This document shows positions 52,151 through 62,074 of a DNA stretch of 64,000 nt, one piece after another. Each line of letters starts with the position of its first letter. Position 1 is the stretch's first letter. The translations under genes and the position numbers were made by a program. The notes under the pieces were generated by a model. The model did not search any database. It was not told the origin of the DNA and saw only the letters and a program-made list of their open reading frames with translations. Origin of the DNA: a virus (Duplodnaviria; Heunggongvirae; Uroviricota; Caudoviricetes); IMG/VR virus record IMGVR_UViG_3300044765_000092, positions 158,679 through 222,678 of that record; one strand, 5' to 3'.

Positions 52151-52831
52151 ATGCTTTACTTCCCGCTGACCCGTGCCAATGTCTCGGGTGAATTCGCTGT
52201 CGATCCTTCCAACCTGGTGACCTCGGAAGGTCAAGCGCTGGTTTCGCAACTCGTGAATGGTGTTGTCGCCGTCAAGCCTTCGACTGGCGCGGCCAACACC
52301 GAACAGTTCATGGGTATTGCTGTCAGCCAGCAAATGACCATCACGTCGATGACCAAGGTTGAAGACATCGTCCAGCCTTCGTCCAATACCGTGACCCTCG
52401 ACTTCACGCCCAGCTCGGGTACCCTGTCGGTCTACGACCAGACTGCTGGTGCTGTCATCGCCTCTGGTGCTGGTGGCTGGACCCTGAGCGGCAACGTCGT
52501 GACACTGCAAGCCGGTACCGCCGGTCACAGCCTGACCTTCTACTACCGCTATGCTCCGACCTCGCTCCAGTCGGAACAGATTCAAGGCGACATCTATCCG
52601 GGCGGCCCGGCCGGCAACGTGGTGAACCAAGTCGGTATCATGCGTAACGGCGTGGTCTACACCAGCGAGTACGACACGACTGTCAACTGGAACGTTGCGC
52701 TGCCGGTCGTGAGCCTCGGTGCCAACGGTCGTTTCACGATCGGTGGTTCGGGTGCTGTCCTTAACGGCGCTCGTGTGATCGCTGTGCCGACCTCGACCTC
52801 GGCCTTCCTGGGCCTGCTGCTCACCCTCTAA
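52151..52831 (+). CDS. virion structural protein candidate (Gly/Ser/Thr-rich beta-type sequence)
   Basis: 226-aa ORF with a strong AAGGAG RBS. Confidence 0.5.
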   Translation: MLYFPLTRANVSGEFAVDPSNLVTSEGQALVSQLVNGVVAVKPSTGAANTEQFMGIAVSQQMTITSMTKVEDIVQPSSNTVTLDFTPSSGTLSVYDQTAGAVIASGAGGWTLSGNVVTLQAGTAGHSLTFYYRYAPTSLQSEQIQGDIYPGGPAGNVVNQVGIMRNGVVYTSEYDTTVNWNVALPVVSLGANGRFTIGGSGAVLNGARVIAVPTSTSAFLGLLLTL

Positions 52832-52871
52832 TCGGTCGCAGTCGTCTGAAAACACATTTGGAGATTGATTC

Positions 52872-53930
52872 ATGAAATCCAAGACCCCTGTGCTCGCGAC
52901 CGAGTATCGCGTCCCTGGCTCGATCGAAAACCTGGTCGGCCGCAACGGCGAAGTCAACGCCAGCAACAAGAAGGATCTGCTCCAGCAGCAGCTCAAGCTT
53001 CTGTCGGCTACTTCGCGTGGCGAAGTGACCCTGGCAGCCGCCCAAGACTCGCGCACGAGTGCTCAGCGCAACCGTGAACTGGTGCAAGCCATGTTCCAGT
53101 CGAGCGAAGCTCACGCCGAGATCGGCCAAGTGATGGCCACGAACCTGTACCAGACGGCCAACCGCCGTGGTTTTGCTCGTAAGTTCCTGGGTCGCCAAGA
53201 ACTGGTGCAAGGCCAATTCCCGGTTGCAAAGCTGCGTCGCAAGGACGTGTCCGTGGTGTACTCGACTTCGCCTACCAAGGTTGAGTCGCAGATCATCCGT
53301 GACAAGACCTTCACCCCGCCGGAAATCATGCTGGAAGCTCGCCCGTTCGTCGAACAGCGCGAAATCAACACCAGCTCTGGCGACGTGCTGGAAGAGAAGT
53401 ACACGGAAGCCATGGAATCCATCATGGTCGGTGAAGACCGTCTGTGGTATCAAGCTGCCAACGCCACCATCGGTGTGGACAACGACCTGACCATCGTGTC
53501 GGGTACGCTGACCCCGCTGACTCTGGCCGAAGTTCGCACCCAAGTGGCTCGTTGGAACCTGTCGGTGACCAACATGCTGATGGCTGCTGACCTGTGGCAA
53601 GACATCATCGGTGACTCGGACTTCATCCAGGCTATCGAGCCGGTGTCGCGTCACGAGCTGATCATGACCGGTGAACTGGCTGTTCTGTACGGCATGGCTC
53701 TGACGAGCGATGCGTACCGTCACCCGGAACACAAGGTCCTGAACCAGGGTGAGTTCTTCGCCATCGCGGCGCCGGAAACCCACGGTCAGTACACCGACCG
53801 TGGCGGCATCGAGACCGAAACGCTGACCGCTGCTACCGAGAAGGTGCCGGGCCGTGGCTGGCTGATGTACGAAGCGTTCTCGCTCGTGATCGCCAACACT
53901 CGTTCCGTGGCCAAGGGCATTCGCCGTTGA
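52872..53930 (+). CDS. putative major capsid protein
   Basis: 352 aa, inside the head module. Confidence 0.4.
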   Translation: MKSKTPVLATEYRVPGSIENLVGRNGEVNASNKKDLLQQQLKLLSATSRGEVTLAAAQDSRTSAQRNRELVQAMFQSSEAHAEIGQVMATNLYQTANRRGFARKFLGRQELVQGQFPVAKLRRKDVSVVYSTSPTKVESQIIRDKTFTPPEIMLEARPFVEQREINTSSGDVLEEKYTEAMESIMVGEDRLWYQAANATIGVDNDLTIVSGTLTPLTLAEVRTQVARWNLSVTNMLMAADLWQDIIGDSDFIQAIEPVSRHELIMTGELAVLYGMALTSDAYRHPEHKVLNQGEFFAIAAPETHGQYTDRGGIETETLTAATEKVPGRGWLMYEAFSLVIANTRSVAKGIRR

Positions 53931-53993
53931 TAGTTGGCACGGGAGCAGGGGATAACTCTGCTCCCTTCCACTAACGAATCCACGGAGAACCCC

Positions 53994-54770
53994 ATGAAAT
54001 ACCTGAAATCACTCGATTACATTCTGGCGGCTCTTCAGGCTTCGCAGGATGGCAAGCATAAGACGGCAGCGTCTCTGCTTGTCAAGGCTGGCAAGGAAAC
54101 TGACTTCGAAACTGCGGTTGCCGCGCTCGAACGTCATCAGGTGAAGGCTCACGCAGAAGCTGCTTCGACAAAGCGTATGGCTCTTTCGGCCTTCTTGGCA
54201 GAAGTTGCTGCTGCCAAGAAGAAGGCCAAGAAGAAAAAGCCAGTCGTCAAGAAGAAGGTCAAGGCTGATGCCAATGACGATGACTTCCAAGACATTCTCG
54301 ACGGTATGACCGAAGGGGACGAAACGGAAGTGTCTGATCTGGAAGACATTGATCTGGATATGGACGACGACACTGAAGGTGTTGACGAACTGCCAGAAGC
54401 CAATGTTGCTGGTGACGACGTCAATGACGTTGACTCGGATGATGACGACGACGTCGAACTGGATTTCGACGACGATCAAGCCGAAGCTACAGCTGACGCT
54501 GCTGACGGTGATCCAACTCCTGGTGAAGAGGACGACGAAGACGAGTCTGGTGAAGACGAAGACGCGTCGCTCGCTGCTCCAGTGGCTGTGCCTGTCCAAG
54601 CTAAGGCAAAGGCTGCAAATCATAACAAGCCTTCCTTGGCCAAGACTGTTCCAGTCGCCAAACCTGCGACGACCGCTGCGGTCGTCCCGGCTAAGAAGCC
54701 GTCTCTCGCTATCGCTAGTGCGAACCTCAAGGCCCTTGATCAGCTTGTGAAACGCAAGCCGTCTAAGTAA
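53994..54770 (+). CDS. highly acidic protein with a Lys-rich segment
   Basis: ORF 53934..54770 with the ATG (MKYLKSLD) at 53994. Contains long D/E runs. Confidence 0.5.
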   Translation: MKYLKSLDYILAALQASQDGKHKTAASLLVKAGKETDFETAVAALERHQVKAHAEAASTKRMALSAFLAEVAAAKKKAKKKKPVVKKKVKADANDDDFQDILDGMTEGDETEVSDLEDIDLDMDDDTEGVDELPEANVAGDDVNDVDSDDDDDVELDFDDDQAEATADAADGDPTPGEEDDEDESGEDEDASLAAPVAVPVQAKAKAANHNKPSLAKTVPVAKPATTAAVVPAKKPSLAIASANLKALDQLVKRKPSK

Positions 54771-54778
54771 AGAGCCGA

Positions 54779-54811
54779 AAAGTGGGCCTTCGGGCCCACT
54801 TTGTCTTTTGG
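54779..54811 (+). terminator. intrinsic terminator (10-bp stem AAAGTGGGCC-TTCG-GGCCCACTTT followed by GTCTTTTGG)
   Basis: UUCG tetraloop hairpin plus U-tract, 9 nt after the upstream stop. Confidence 0.7.
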
Positions 54812-54833
54812 CGACCAAAATGGAGATCTGCGC

Positions 54834-55640
54834 GTGTCCACGCCACCAGCCCCTTCGCCGTCACCTGCTCCGGCTCCGGTTCCAGTTCCACAAGCATCGA
54901 CCGAAACTCGGCTTGACAACAAGGTCAAACCCATAGAGGAATTCATCCATCAGGGTTTGGTTCAACGGTTCTACCAAGTGTTTGGTTGTCCACTGCAGAT
55001 CACCAATTCACCGAACAAAAAAGAGCAGTACGTCAAGGCACAAGGTGGAAAGGTCAAGTATCCGTTTGCGTTTGCGTCCATCTCGTCGTTTGCGTTGTCC
55101 GAAACCAGCGGATACAAGGCTCTGAGCATGGTTCGTCGCGGGATCTACAGTGGATCTAGTTCCGACAACCTCAAGACCTATCAGCTGCGTCAAATTCCAG
55201 TTGCTACCACGTTTGAGATCGAGTTCTACACTGCCGACTATCGGTCGACCCTCAATTTTGCTAAGAGCTGGTTGTTCTCAGCCGTGCAGGGTACGATGAA
55301 GTTCAGTGTCACGTATGGTGTGGCGTCCGTCGACATCCACATCGACATGGACAAGAATGTGAACGTGCCACCACCTGATGGCGATGGATTCAGTGCGCCC
55401 AAGGAATACAAGACAGCTGTGAACATGATCGTTCATGGATACATGAGCGACAATGGATTGAACGATGCGCAGGCAGTCACCTCCATCGAGGTCACAGGGT
55501 TGATGGCCGGTCCTGGTGCAGATGTACAAGCTCTGCTCAATAACGGGACAGCGCCTCAAGTCTTCTACTTCAAGAGCAAGTGGCCTGACGTTAACGGTCC
55601 AGACGGTAGTGCTGGCGACACCTACTCACCAGAGGATTGA
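54834..55640 (+). CDS. hypothetical structural protein
   Basis: ORF 54801..55640. The TTG at 54801 lies inside the terminator. The GTG at 54834 is preceded by TGGAGA. Confidence 0.4.
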   Translation: MSTPPAPSPSPAPAPVPVPQASTETRLDNKVKPIEEFIHQGLVQRFYQVFGCPLQITNSPNKKEQYVKAQGGKVKYPFAFASISSFALSETSGYKALSMVRRGIYSGSSSDNLKTYQLRQIPVATTFEIEFYTADYRSTLNFAKSWLFSAVQGTMKFSVTYGVASVDIHIDMDKNVNVPPPDGDGFSAPKEYKTAVNMIVHGYMSDNGLNDAQAVTSIEVTGLMAGPGADVQALLNNGTAPQVFYFKSKWPDVNGPDGSAGDTYSPED

Positions 55641-55645
55641 TATAC

Positions 55646-56011
55646 ATGCCGAGCATCAATAATCGTGCGTTGTTGTTGGACCTGACTGCATTCATCGCAG
55701 AAAACAACATTCGCCGAGGCGTCCTGACCGTGGCAACAAACACGCTGTCCACTGGCGAGGGTATTCTTGAACGGTCCATGATCTTGGACCCGACGGCAAC
55801 TACAACGTTGCAAGGTCTTACTGGAAATCAAGCAACCGTGATCAAGACAAATGTGCCCCTCAATGTGACCTTGTGGTTGGCACAAGGCGAGGGCGAAAAC
55901 GTACAGTTTGTGATCAACACGTTGTTTGTGTGGACGGATGCAATCGACCACATCGACATGACCAATTCGTCGTTAACCGATCAAGCGTCGGTGCGCATTC
56001 TGCACCTCTGA
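55646..56011 (+). CDS. hypothetical protein
   Basis: ATG at 55646 within ORF 55637..56011. Confidence 0.45.
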   Translation: MPSINNRALLLDLTAFIAENNIRRGVLTVATNTLSTGEGILERSMILDPTATTTLQGLTGNQATVIKTNVPLNVTLWLAQGEGENVQFVINTLFVWTDAIDHIDMTNSSLTDQASVRILHL

Positions 56012-56047
56012 CTTTCATCAGACTAGATCTAGACTCAGGAGCTTTCC

Positions 56048-56323
56048 ATGTCTCTTATCGTGAGCCGCGTTAATCATCCGGTGGTGCTGCAAGTTGTTGC
56101 ACCGGACGGTACCCTCGATTCCGTGAACCTGCAACCCGGTGGTCGTATCGAACTGCCGCAGGGTTACGCACTCGATCCGCGGATGGCTACCTACTATCGG
56201 AACAACTTTCTCAAGACCGATTCAATCGGTATGATGTCGATTCCTGCTCCAGCCACTGCCTCGCCAGTCGCGTCAAGTGATAGCGCGTCCCAAAAAACCA
56301 GTTCTGCTACGAAAGGCAGCTAA
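56048..56323 (+). CDS. hypothetical protein
   Basis: 91-aa ORF preceded by CAGGAG. Confidence 0.45.
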   Translation: MSLIVSRVNHPVVLQVVAPDGTLDSVNLQPGGRIELPQGYALDPRMATYYRNNFLKTDSIGMMSIPAPATASPVASSDSASQKTSSATKGS

Positions 56324-56386
56324 TTTTACCAAGTAGCGCGCGCAGCCTCGTGGTCTGCGCATCTCGTCACTTTGTGAGGGACCGTT

Positions 56387-58321
56387 ATGGCCTTGTATCA
56401 ACAATCAGCTGACGTTCGGATCCGCGAGATTGACCTCTCGTCTTCGCTCGTTAGCGCCAGCAGCTCTGAAGCTGCGATCATCCTCATCTCGAAGAAAGGC
56501 CGCACGTCGGTTTATCAGATCACCAACGCTCAGGACTTCATTACTGAGTACGGTACCCCTGATGCCAGTGTCTCGTTCGGCCACTACGCTGCGCTGGACT
56601 TCCTGAAGGAAGGTACGAGTCTGCGCGTGCTTCGCGTTGTCAACACCGACGCTCTGTATAGTGCGGCTCTGCTCAAGGACAACGGCACGGGGACCACGAG
56701 TATCGCGGCTATCAGCGGCGGTATCTCCAATCCATCGAGCATCAATTGGGCCTCCTATGTATCGGGTGCTGAAATCCCGATGCTGATGTTTGTGCCAAAA
56801 TCTGGCCCTGGCAGTTATGGCAATAGCATTGCCATCCAGGTGACGAGCCAGAACTTGACGACGCCAGCCGCTCCGTCGCTATCGAGTACGAGCACTGGTG
56901 GTCATTTGGCAAACGGCACCTATCAGTATCGCGTGTCGGCTATCAGCGCAGTGGGCGACACGTTGGCCTCGTCGCTGACGACCATCACCATCGGTGGTGT
57001 TACCAGCGCAGGTACCGTGACCATCACGCTCACTCCAGTGACTGGAGCGCGCGGCTACAAGATCTGGGGTCGCACCAGCGGCGGTGAGGGTCTGGTGGCC
57101 ACCGTGGGGGCAACCACTACTGTGTACGTGGACGACGGTTCGATCGCCCCCGATACGACCAAGGCACCGATCACTAGTCAAGCCAATTTGCCAACACCGG
57201 ATCCGACGTTCAACGTCGCGATCTACGACATGTCGGTCAACACAAGCACGCCGCAAGAGCAGTTCACTTGCACGTTGCTCGATTCGGTTGACAGCAACGG
57301 TGTCCAGCAGGAAGCGACTCAGCGGATCAACGGCTTTAGTGCCTACGTCAACGTCTATTCGTACGCGAAGCAGATCGTTGGTACAGTGCCGACATTGCGC
57401 AATACCTCGCAAGTTAGTCTGGCAGGTGGTTCGTCGGGCACCGCTCCGCTCAACAGTCAGATTGCACTTGCCTGGACCAATACGTTTGGCGACCCCGAAC
57501 TGTATCCCAGCAATCTGCTGATCAACGGTGGTTACACCGATCCGAACGTGCAAGCCTCGATGATTTCGGTGGCTGAGACACGCGGTGATGCGGTGGCTCT
57601 CCTCGACGTTCCGTACGCGAGCCAAGCCAGTCAGGACTTCATCACCTATCGCCAGCTGACGCTCAACGCCAACAGCTCGTATGGTGCTCTGTATGGTCCG
57701 TGGGTGTTGACAGCCGACAACTACAACGGGAAGCAGTTGTATACGCCGCCCTCGGGCTGGGCTGCTGCGATCTGTGCTCGTACCGATCGTCTGGTTGGTC
57801 CTCAAGGTGCGCCGGCCGGCCTGAATCGAGGCATCATCAACGTCAGTGGCCTGTTCCAGAAGTACAACCAGCAACAACGTACTGACCTGTTTAACGCGCA
57901 GTGCAACTACATTCGCCAGTTCCTGAGTGAAGGCATCTCGGTCTTCGAACAGGTGACGTTGCAGGCCAAGCAATCCGCGCTGTCGTGGGTGAACGTCCGC
58001 CGCATGATCAATGTGATCAAGGTGGCAGTACGTCAGTTCCTGTACTACAGCCTGCAAGAACCGAACGATGATTTTCTGCGTCGGCAGATCGTCAGCAGTG
58101 TTACCGATTACCTGAATGCGTGGGTTGCTGCGCGCGGCATCTCGGCCTTCACCGTGATCTCCGACGACTCGAACAACCCGCCTGCTCAGTACAACCTTGG
58201 TATCCTGAAGGTCACGATCATCGTTACTCCGGTGATTGCTGTTCACGAAATTCAGGTTGACATGGTGATCAGCAAGGCCGGTGTGTCGTTCTCGGAAATC
58301 AATATCACCAACCTGTCGTAA
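56387..58321 (+). CDS. contractile tail sheath protein
   Basis: 644 aa. The N-terminal ...YGTPDASVSFGHYAALDFLKEGTSLRVLRVV and C-terminal ...PPSGWAAAICARTDRLVGPQGAPAGLNRGIINV match the conserved tail-sheath termini. An internal FN3/Ig-like segment is present. Confidence 0.75.
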   Translation: MALYQQSADVRIREIDLSSSLVSASSSEAAIILISKKGRTSVYQITNAQDFITEYGTPDASVSFGHYAALDFLKEGTSLRVLRVVNTDALYSAALLKDNGTGTTSIAAISGGISNPSSINWASYVSGAEIPMLMFVPKSGPGSYGNSIAIQVTSQNLTTPAAPSLSSTSTGGHLANGTYQYRVSAISAVGDTLASSLTTITIGGVTSAGTVTITLTPVTGARGYKIWGRTSGGEGLVATVGATTTVYVDDGSIAPDTTKAPITSQANLPTPDPTFNVAIYDMSVNTSTPQEQFTCTLLDSVDSNGVQQEATQRINGFSAYVNVYSYAKQIVGTVPTLRNTSQVSLAGGSSGTAPLNSQIALAWTNTFGDPELYPSNLLINGGYTDPNVQASMISVAETRGDAVALLDVPYASQASQDFITYRQLTLNANSSYGALYGPWVLTADNYNGKQLYTPPSGWAAAICARTDRLVGPQGAPAGLNRGIINVSGLFQKYNQQQRTDLFNAQCNYIRQFLSEGISVFEQVTLQAKQSALSWVNVRRMINVIKVAVRQFLYYSLQEPNDDFLRRQIVSSVTDYLNAWVAARGISAFTVISDDSNNPPAQYNLGILKVTIIVTPVIAVHEIQVDMVISKAGVSFSEINITNLS

Positions 58322-58337
58322 TCGGAGGAGACGTCGT

Positions 58338-58916
58338 ATGAAAAGCAAAGCAAGTGCACGTCTCCGGTTTCAGCTGGAGACTGCTGGTCCTGACGACATC
58401 GTTCGTACACCTGAAGACGATAAGAAACTTCTTGCGGCATGTGACGCCGTGTTCAAGCTTCTAGGTACTCGTGTCCACTACAAGTGGGTTACTGAACCAG
58501 GTCTCGCTAGTGCCAACGGAGAGATCGCATGCAAAAATGATCTTGAAGTCGCTCAGCACCGACTCAAGATGCATGATCTGCTCGTCGGTAAGGGTATGAA
58601 ATACCGATACAGTTCAGACACTATCGGTGGGTGGTCTTACATCAGCCTAAACGCCGAAATCACGTTTAGGGCAGAGACGGGTGCGCTCGTAGTGAACGTC
58701 CTGGTATGGACGCCGGAATACAACAAACGATTCGGTGTGCGTTCTGCGTTGGCAAACCACCCTATAGTCAAGCTGGTCGAGCAGGGCGGCTGGTGGGACG
58801 AGCTGACGCCAGAGCAGCGCAAGACCTATCTGGAAGCGCATCCGGACTCGCGGTTCAATCATCCCGGCAACCGTCCGGACAACGCGTTGGCCGTCAAAGC
58901 AAAGGCAAAGACGTGA
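58338..58916 (+). CDS. hypothetical tail-module protein
   Basis: ORF 58281..58916 with the ATG (MKSKASAR) at 58338 and a GGAGGAG RBS. Confidence 0.5.
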   Translation: MKSKASARLRFQLETAGPDDIVRTPEDDKKLLAACDAVFKLLGTRVHYKWVTEPGLASANGEIACKNDLEVAQHRLKMHDLLVGKGMKYRYSSDTIGGWSYISLNAEITFRAETGALVVNVLVWTPEYNKRFGVRSALANHPIVKLVEQGGWWDELTPEQRKTYLEAHPDSRFNHPGNRPDNALAVKAKAKT

Positions 58917-59467
58917 TGAAAACACAAGCCATTGCACGCCTGCTTGCTCATGAAGAAGTCAGCTCGCCCGTAATGGTACACGGTCTTGATTGGATCGAGG
59001 ACCAGGAGACGCGACAGCACTTTGAATCGCTCTGCACGATGGTGACCGACCAGAAGGAAGACCCCATCTGTGCAGACGCAGCTAAGCGACTGCTAGATGC
59101 TAAGTACAGCTCGATCGAGGACCTGACGTCAGATACCAAGACCGTTATCACCTACCTGATCGAAGAACTGGTTGCCGAGATCACACAAACAACGTCTGAA
59201 GTGGTCGACGCACTGCACGGTCTGGTTGAGGATCAACGTGATGGCCTGTCAGACGAAAGTGAGGCTCTCGAAGACCTAGACAACGCTGAGCAGACTATTG
59301 ACGACATTCCGACGGCCGAAGGTGAAGACTCGGGTGACGACAACGTTGGCGACGATGGTGACTTCGACGAGGACGATAGCGAACCTGATGAAACCACTGA
59401 CGATCTCGAAGACAAGTCGGTGGACGAGTCGGACGAGGACGGGCCTTCCACTGACCAAAGCCAGTGA
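58916..59467 (+). CDS. acidic protein (D/E-rich C-terminal half)
   Basis: ORF 58706..59467. The ATG at 58916 overlaps the upstream TGA (GTGATGA). Confidence 0.45.
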   Translation: MKTQAIARLLAHEEVSSPVMVHGLDWIEDQETRQHFESLCTMVTDQKEDPICADAAKRLLDAKYSSIEDLTSDTKTVITYLIEELVAEITQTTSEVVDALHGLVEDQRDGLSDESEALEDLDNAEQTIDDIPTAEGEDSGDDNVGDDGDFDEDDSEPDETTDDLEDKSVDESDEDGPSTDQSQ

Positions 59468-59494
59468 CCCTATAGATAGCTAAGGAGTTCCCTC

Positions 59495-59998
59495 ATGGGA
59501 CGCACTTCACTTCAAGATGTTCGATCGCTGCCTGATGCACTGCAACAGTGGAACTGGGACCTGATCATTCCAGCTATGCCCGGTACGGCCAACAGTCGGG
59601 CGTTTACGATCAAGGCCATGACTACCAGCATTCCTGGTGCTCAGCTTGAACCAACGACCATCGATCTGCACGGCGTGACGATCAAGCAAGCAGGCCGTGT
59701 CAAGTACACGAATACACTGCCTGTCACCCTGCTGGAAACGCGCGACATGTCGACGCGGCTGATGATCCGCAATTGGCAGAAGATGGCACGTGATCTGGCG
59801 ACCAACAGCGGTTCGTACAAGTCGGTGTACGCCACCACCATCGAAATGGTGCTCTACGACGATGTGCCTCAAGTGGTTCAGCGTCTCCGCCTTGTAGGCG
59901 CATGGCCTGAATCGCTAGATGACACAAGTGTCGACAGCGGTCAAGCTGGTGCCGTCCAGTTCAACGTGACCTTCAGCTACGACTACGTCGACGAATAA
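59495..59998 (+). CDS. tail tube protein candidate
   Basis: 167 aa, positioned after the sheath. Sequence pattern ...SRAFTIKAMTTSIPGAQLEPTTIDLHGV... resembles a myophage tube protein. Confidence 0.5.
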   Translation: MGRTSLQDVRSLPDALQQWNWDLIIPAMPGTANSRAFTIKAMTTSIPGAQLEPTTIDLHGVTIKQAGRVKYTNTLPVTLLETRDMSTRLMIRNWQKMARDLATNSGSYKSVYATTIEMVLYDDVPQVVQRLRLVGAWPESLDDTSVDSGQAGAVQFNVTFSYDYVDE

Positions 59999-60003
59999 GC
60001 ATC

Positions 60004-60798
60004 ATGGCCGGACCTGATCTCAGTCAGGTAGCAGACTCTGTTGCTGGACTAGCCGGCTCTCGACTCACTGGCTCTGCGGCCAATGCAGTTGAGGCCGGCT
60101 ACTCATTGTTCAAGCAGTATCAAAACACTGCTGGTAACAGTGGGTTCCAACAAGCTAATCCGAGCGGAGCGCGCGACGCTCTGATGGCCGCGCTTAGTCG
60201 ACCTGATGCACTCACTTCCATCTACTGGTACGCAGACCTGCCAGTAATCAACACTGTATCACTCGGTTGGGAATACGTTGAAGAAGCGTCACTTCCAATG
60301 ATCGAGTTTGAAGTCGTGTCGAACTTCCGTGCCGGGAAGATGTTTCATTTCCCGACCAAGTACAACTTGAGCAACATGACACTCAAGTTTTTCGAGGATG
60401 TTCGAGGCAGCACCACCGCCTATTTCCAAGAGTGGTATAAGCTGATTCGTGACCCGGACACCGGATTGTTTCAACCGTCGTCCCTGTTCAAAAAGCCAAT
60501 ACGCATTACTGTCCTGGACATCGCACAGTACACTGTCATGTTCATGGAATATACGGGATGCTGGCCCACACGAATCGATACCTACAACATGCAGAGCGCG
60601 ACGGCCGAACGCATCACCCCAAGTGTTGAATTCGCAGTCGATGATCTACTTGTCAAGGTAGGCAAGTTCCAATCGAGCCAGATACCCTCTGTAGTGGATA
60701 CGATTGGAAATAACTTTCCCCAGACAGCTTCGCGTTTGCCTAGCGTATTTCCGCAAGCATTCACGTCGTCCGATCTAGGTAGTCTGCCAATCGGCTGA
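60004..60798 (+). CDS. second tube-like / tail structural protein
   Basis: 264 aa. The FEVVSNF...HFPTKYNLSNMTLKFFED...ITVLD...GCWPTRI pattern resembles the tube family. Confidence 0.4.
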   Translation: MAGPDLSQVADSVAGLAGSRLTGSAANAVEAGYSLFKQYQNTAGNSGFQQANPSGARDALMAALSRPDALTSIYWYADLPVINTVSLGWEYVEEASLPMIEFEVVSNFRAGKMFHFPTKYNLSNMTLKFFEDVRGSTTAYFQEWYKLIRDPDTGLFQPSSLFKKPIRITVLDIAQYTVMFMEYTGCWPTRIDTYNMQSATAERITPSVEFAVDDLLVKVGKFQSSQIPSVVDTIGNNFPQTASRLPSVFPQAFTSSDLGSLPIG

Positions 60799-60834
60799 CC
60801 ACCGACCATACTAGCCCACAACGAGGCCTTCTAA

Positions 60835-61899
60835 ATGAGCGAGCACAACGCCGATTCCATGCGCCAGCACCCAGTCGATCCTCGACGTTCAGTCAGAGTA
60901 GAGGAGGTTCGACAGGAATTCCATCCGTTCCCCGGTCGGGGCACTTCTCCAGCTATGGCCCAAGCAGCGCATCAACAAGCGCAATTCCAGGGCATCCCAC
61001 CGAATCCACCATCTAGTGGCGTTGCGTCTACACAAGCCGGCCACCACTACACACACATACACGGGCCTGACATTTCCCCCAGAGCAACACAGACGACCAT
61101 GACTTCAACCGGCGGACCATGGACCCAAGTGAAGTCGTTCGCTGAACAGAATCCCGAGTTCTACTCGTTTGAGTTGCCTTCGCGGTTTGCGTTCTATCCG
61201 TTCAAGACCATTAGTGCCAAGTATCTGACTGGCCTGCATATCAGCAAGATCAATCGGGCAAATACTGAAGGACGTATCCAGCATCTGGTTGAGGCGTTGA
61301 GCTCGACACTGGAGCCCGGGATCAGCGCGTTTGATCTGACGCCTGCTGACTTTTACTACTTCATGTACTGGCACAGGGTGAACTCGTACCCAAAGAGCCC
61401 GATGAAGATCACGGCTCAGTGCCAGAATCCCAAGCACATTCAAGACGTGCTCGCGCAGAAGTTGCCGGAGAAGAGCCTGGACATCGTCGACATTCTGAAC
61501 AAGACGACGCTGGATGTCAAAGACTTCAACGGCCTGCCTGAAGGCATGCAGCAATTGGCCGAGCACCTTGATCTCGATGTCGAGCGCATGCGCGATACGA
61601 TTGAGCTATCGGATCACGTGTTAGACTCTGAGGACGGGGACCCTGAGTTTGTTTATCTGGCGCAGTACGCGGCGTTTTTGCGTCGTAAGCCAGAGTGCGA
61701 AACCCTGCTACAACGAGTGGAAGTAGTCAGGTCCATGAGCCCCGATACCATTAGCGAACTCGATGAGTACATTCATGCTGTGTCGACCGACGCTTATGGG
61801 GTTAAGGAGTATGCAAACGTTCGATGCACGGAGTGTGGCGCTTCTACGCGAGTTCAAGTCTCGCTAGAAGCGCACCATTTTCTTCCGCAGCGTAACTGA
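60835..61899 (+). CDS. hypothetical tail-module protein (position of a tail assembly chaperone)
   Basis: 354 aa with a C-terminal CxxC. Lies between the tube-like genes and the tape-measure gene. Confidence 0.45.
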   Translation: MSEHNADSMRQHPVDPRRSVRVEEVRQEFHPFPGRGTSPAMAQAAHQQAQFQGIPPNPPSSGVASTQAGHHYTHIHGPDISPRATQTTMTSTGGPWTQVKSFAEQNPEFYSFELPSRFAFYPFKTISAKYLTGLHISKINRANTEGRIQHLVEALSSTLEPGISAFDLTPADFYYFMYWHRVNSYPKSPMKITAQCQNPKHIQDVLAQKLPEKSLDIVDILNKTTLDVKDFNGLPEGMQQLAEHLDLDVERMRDTIELSDHVLDSEDGDPEFVYLAQYAAFLRRKPECETLLQRVEVVRSMSPDTISELDEYIHAVSTDAYGVKEYANVRCTECGASTRVQVSLEAHHFLPQRN

Positions 61900-62074
61900 G
61901 GATGTGTTTCTGCACAAACTCGATGTGCTTGTGCGCGAAGCAGGTGTAATTCCTCCGATGTCGCTCGACGTTCGTACCCTAGTGTATTTGGCTGAGAAAG
62001 CTGAGCTGCGCGAAAAGCAACGACGAGAAGCAATGACCGCCCAACCCCGCTCTCAATTCTGATAGGAGAGCCGC

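Noticed and set aside
61868-62062. Programmed -1 ribosomal frameshift producing a chaperone fusion upstream of the tape-measure gene
   Set aside because: The -1 frame is closed by stops. Only the +1 frame is open, and no X-XXY-YYZ or stop-stimulated +1 slippery site is evident. It is kept as a low-interest note.
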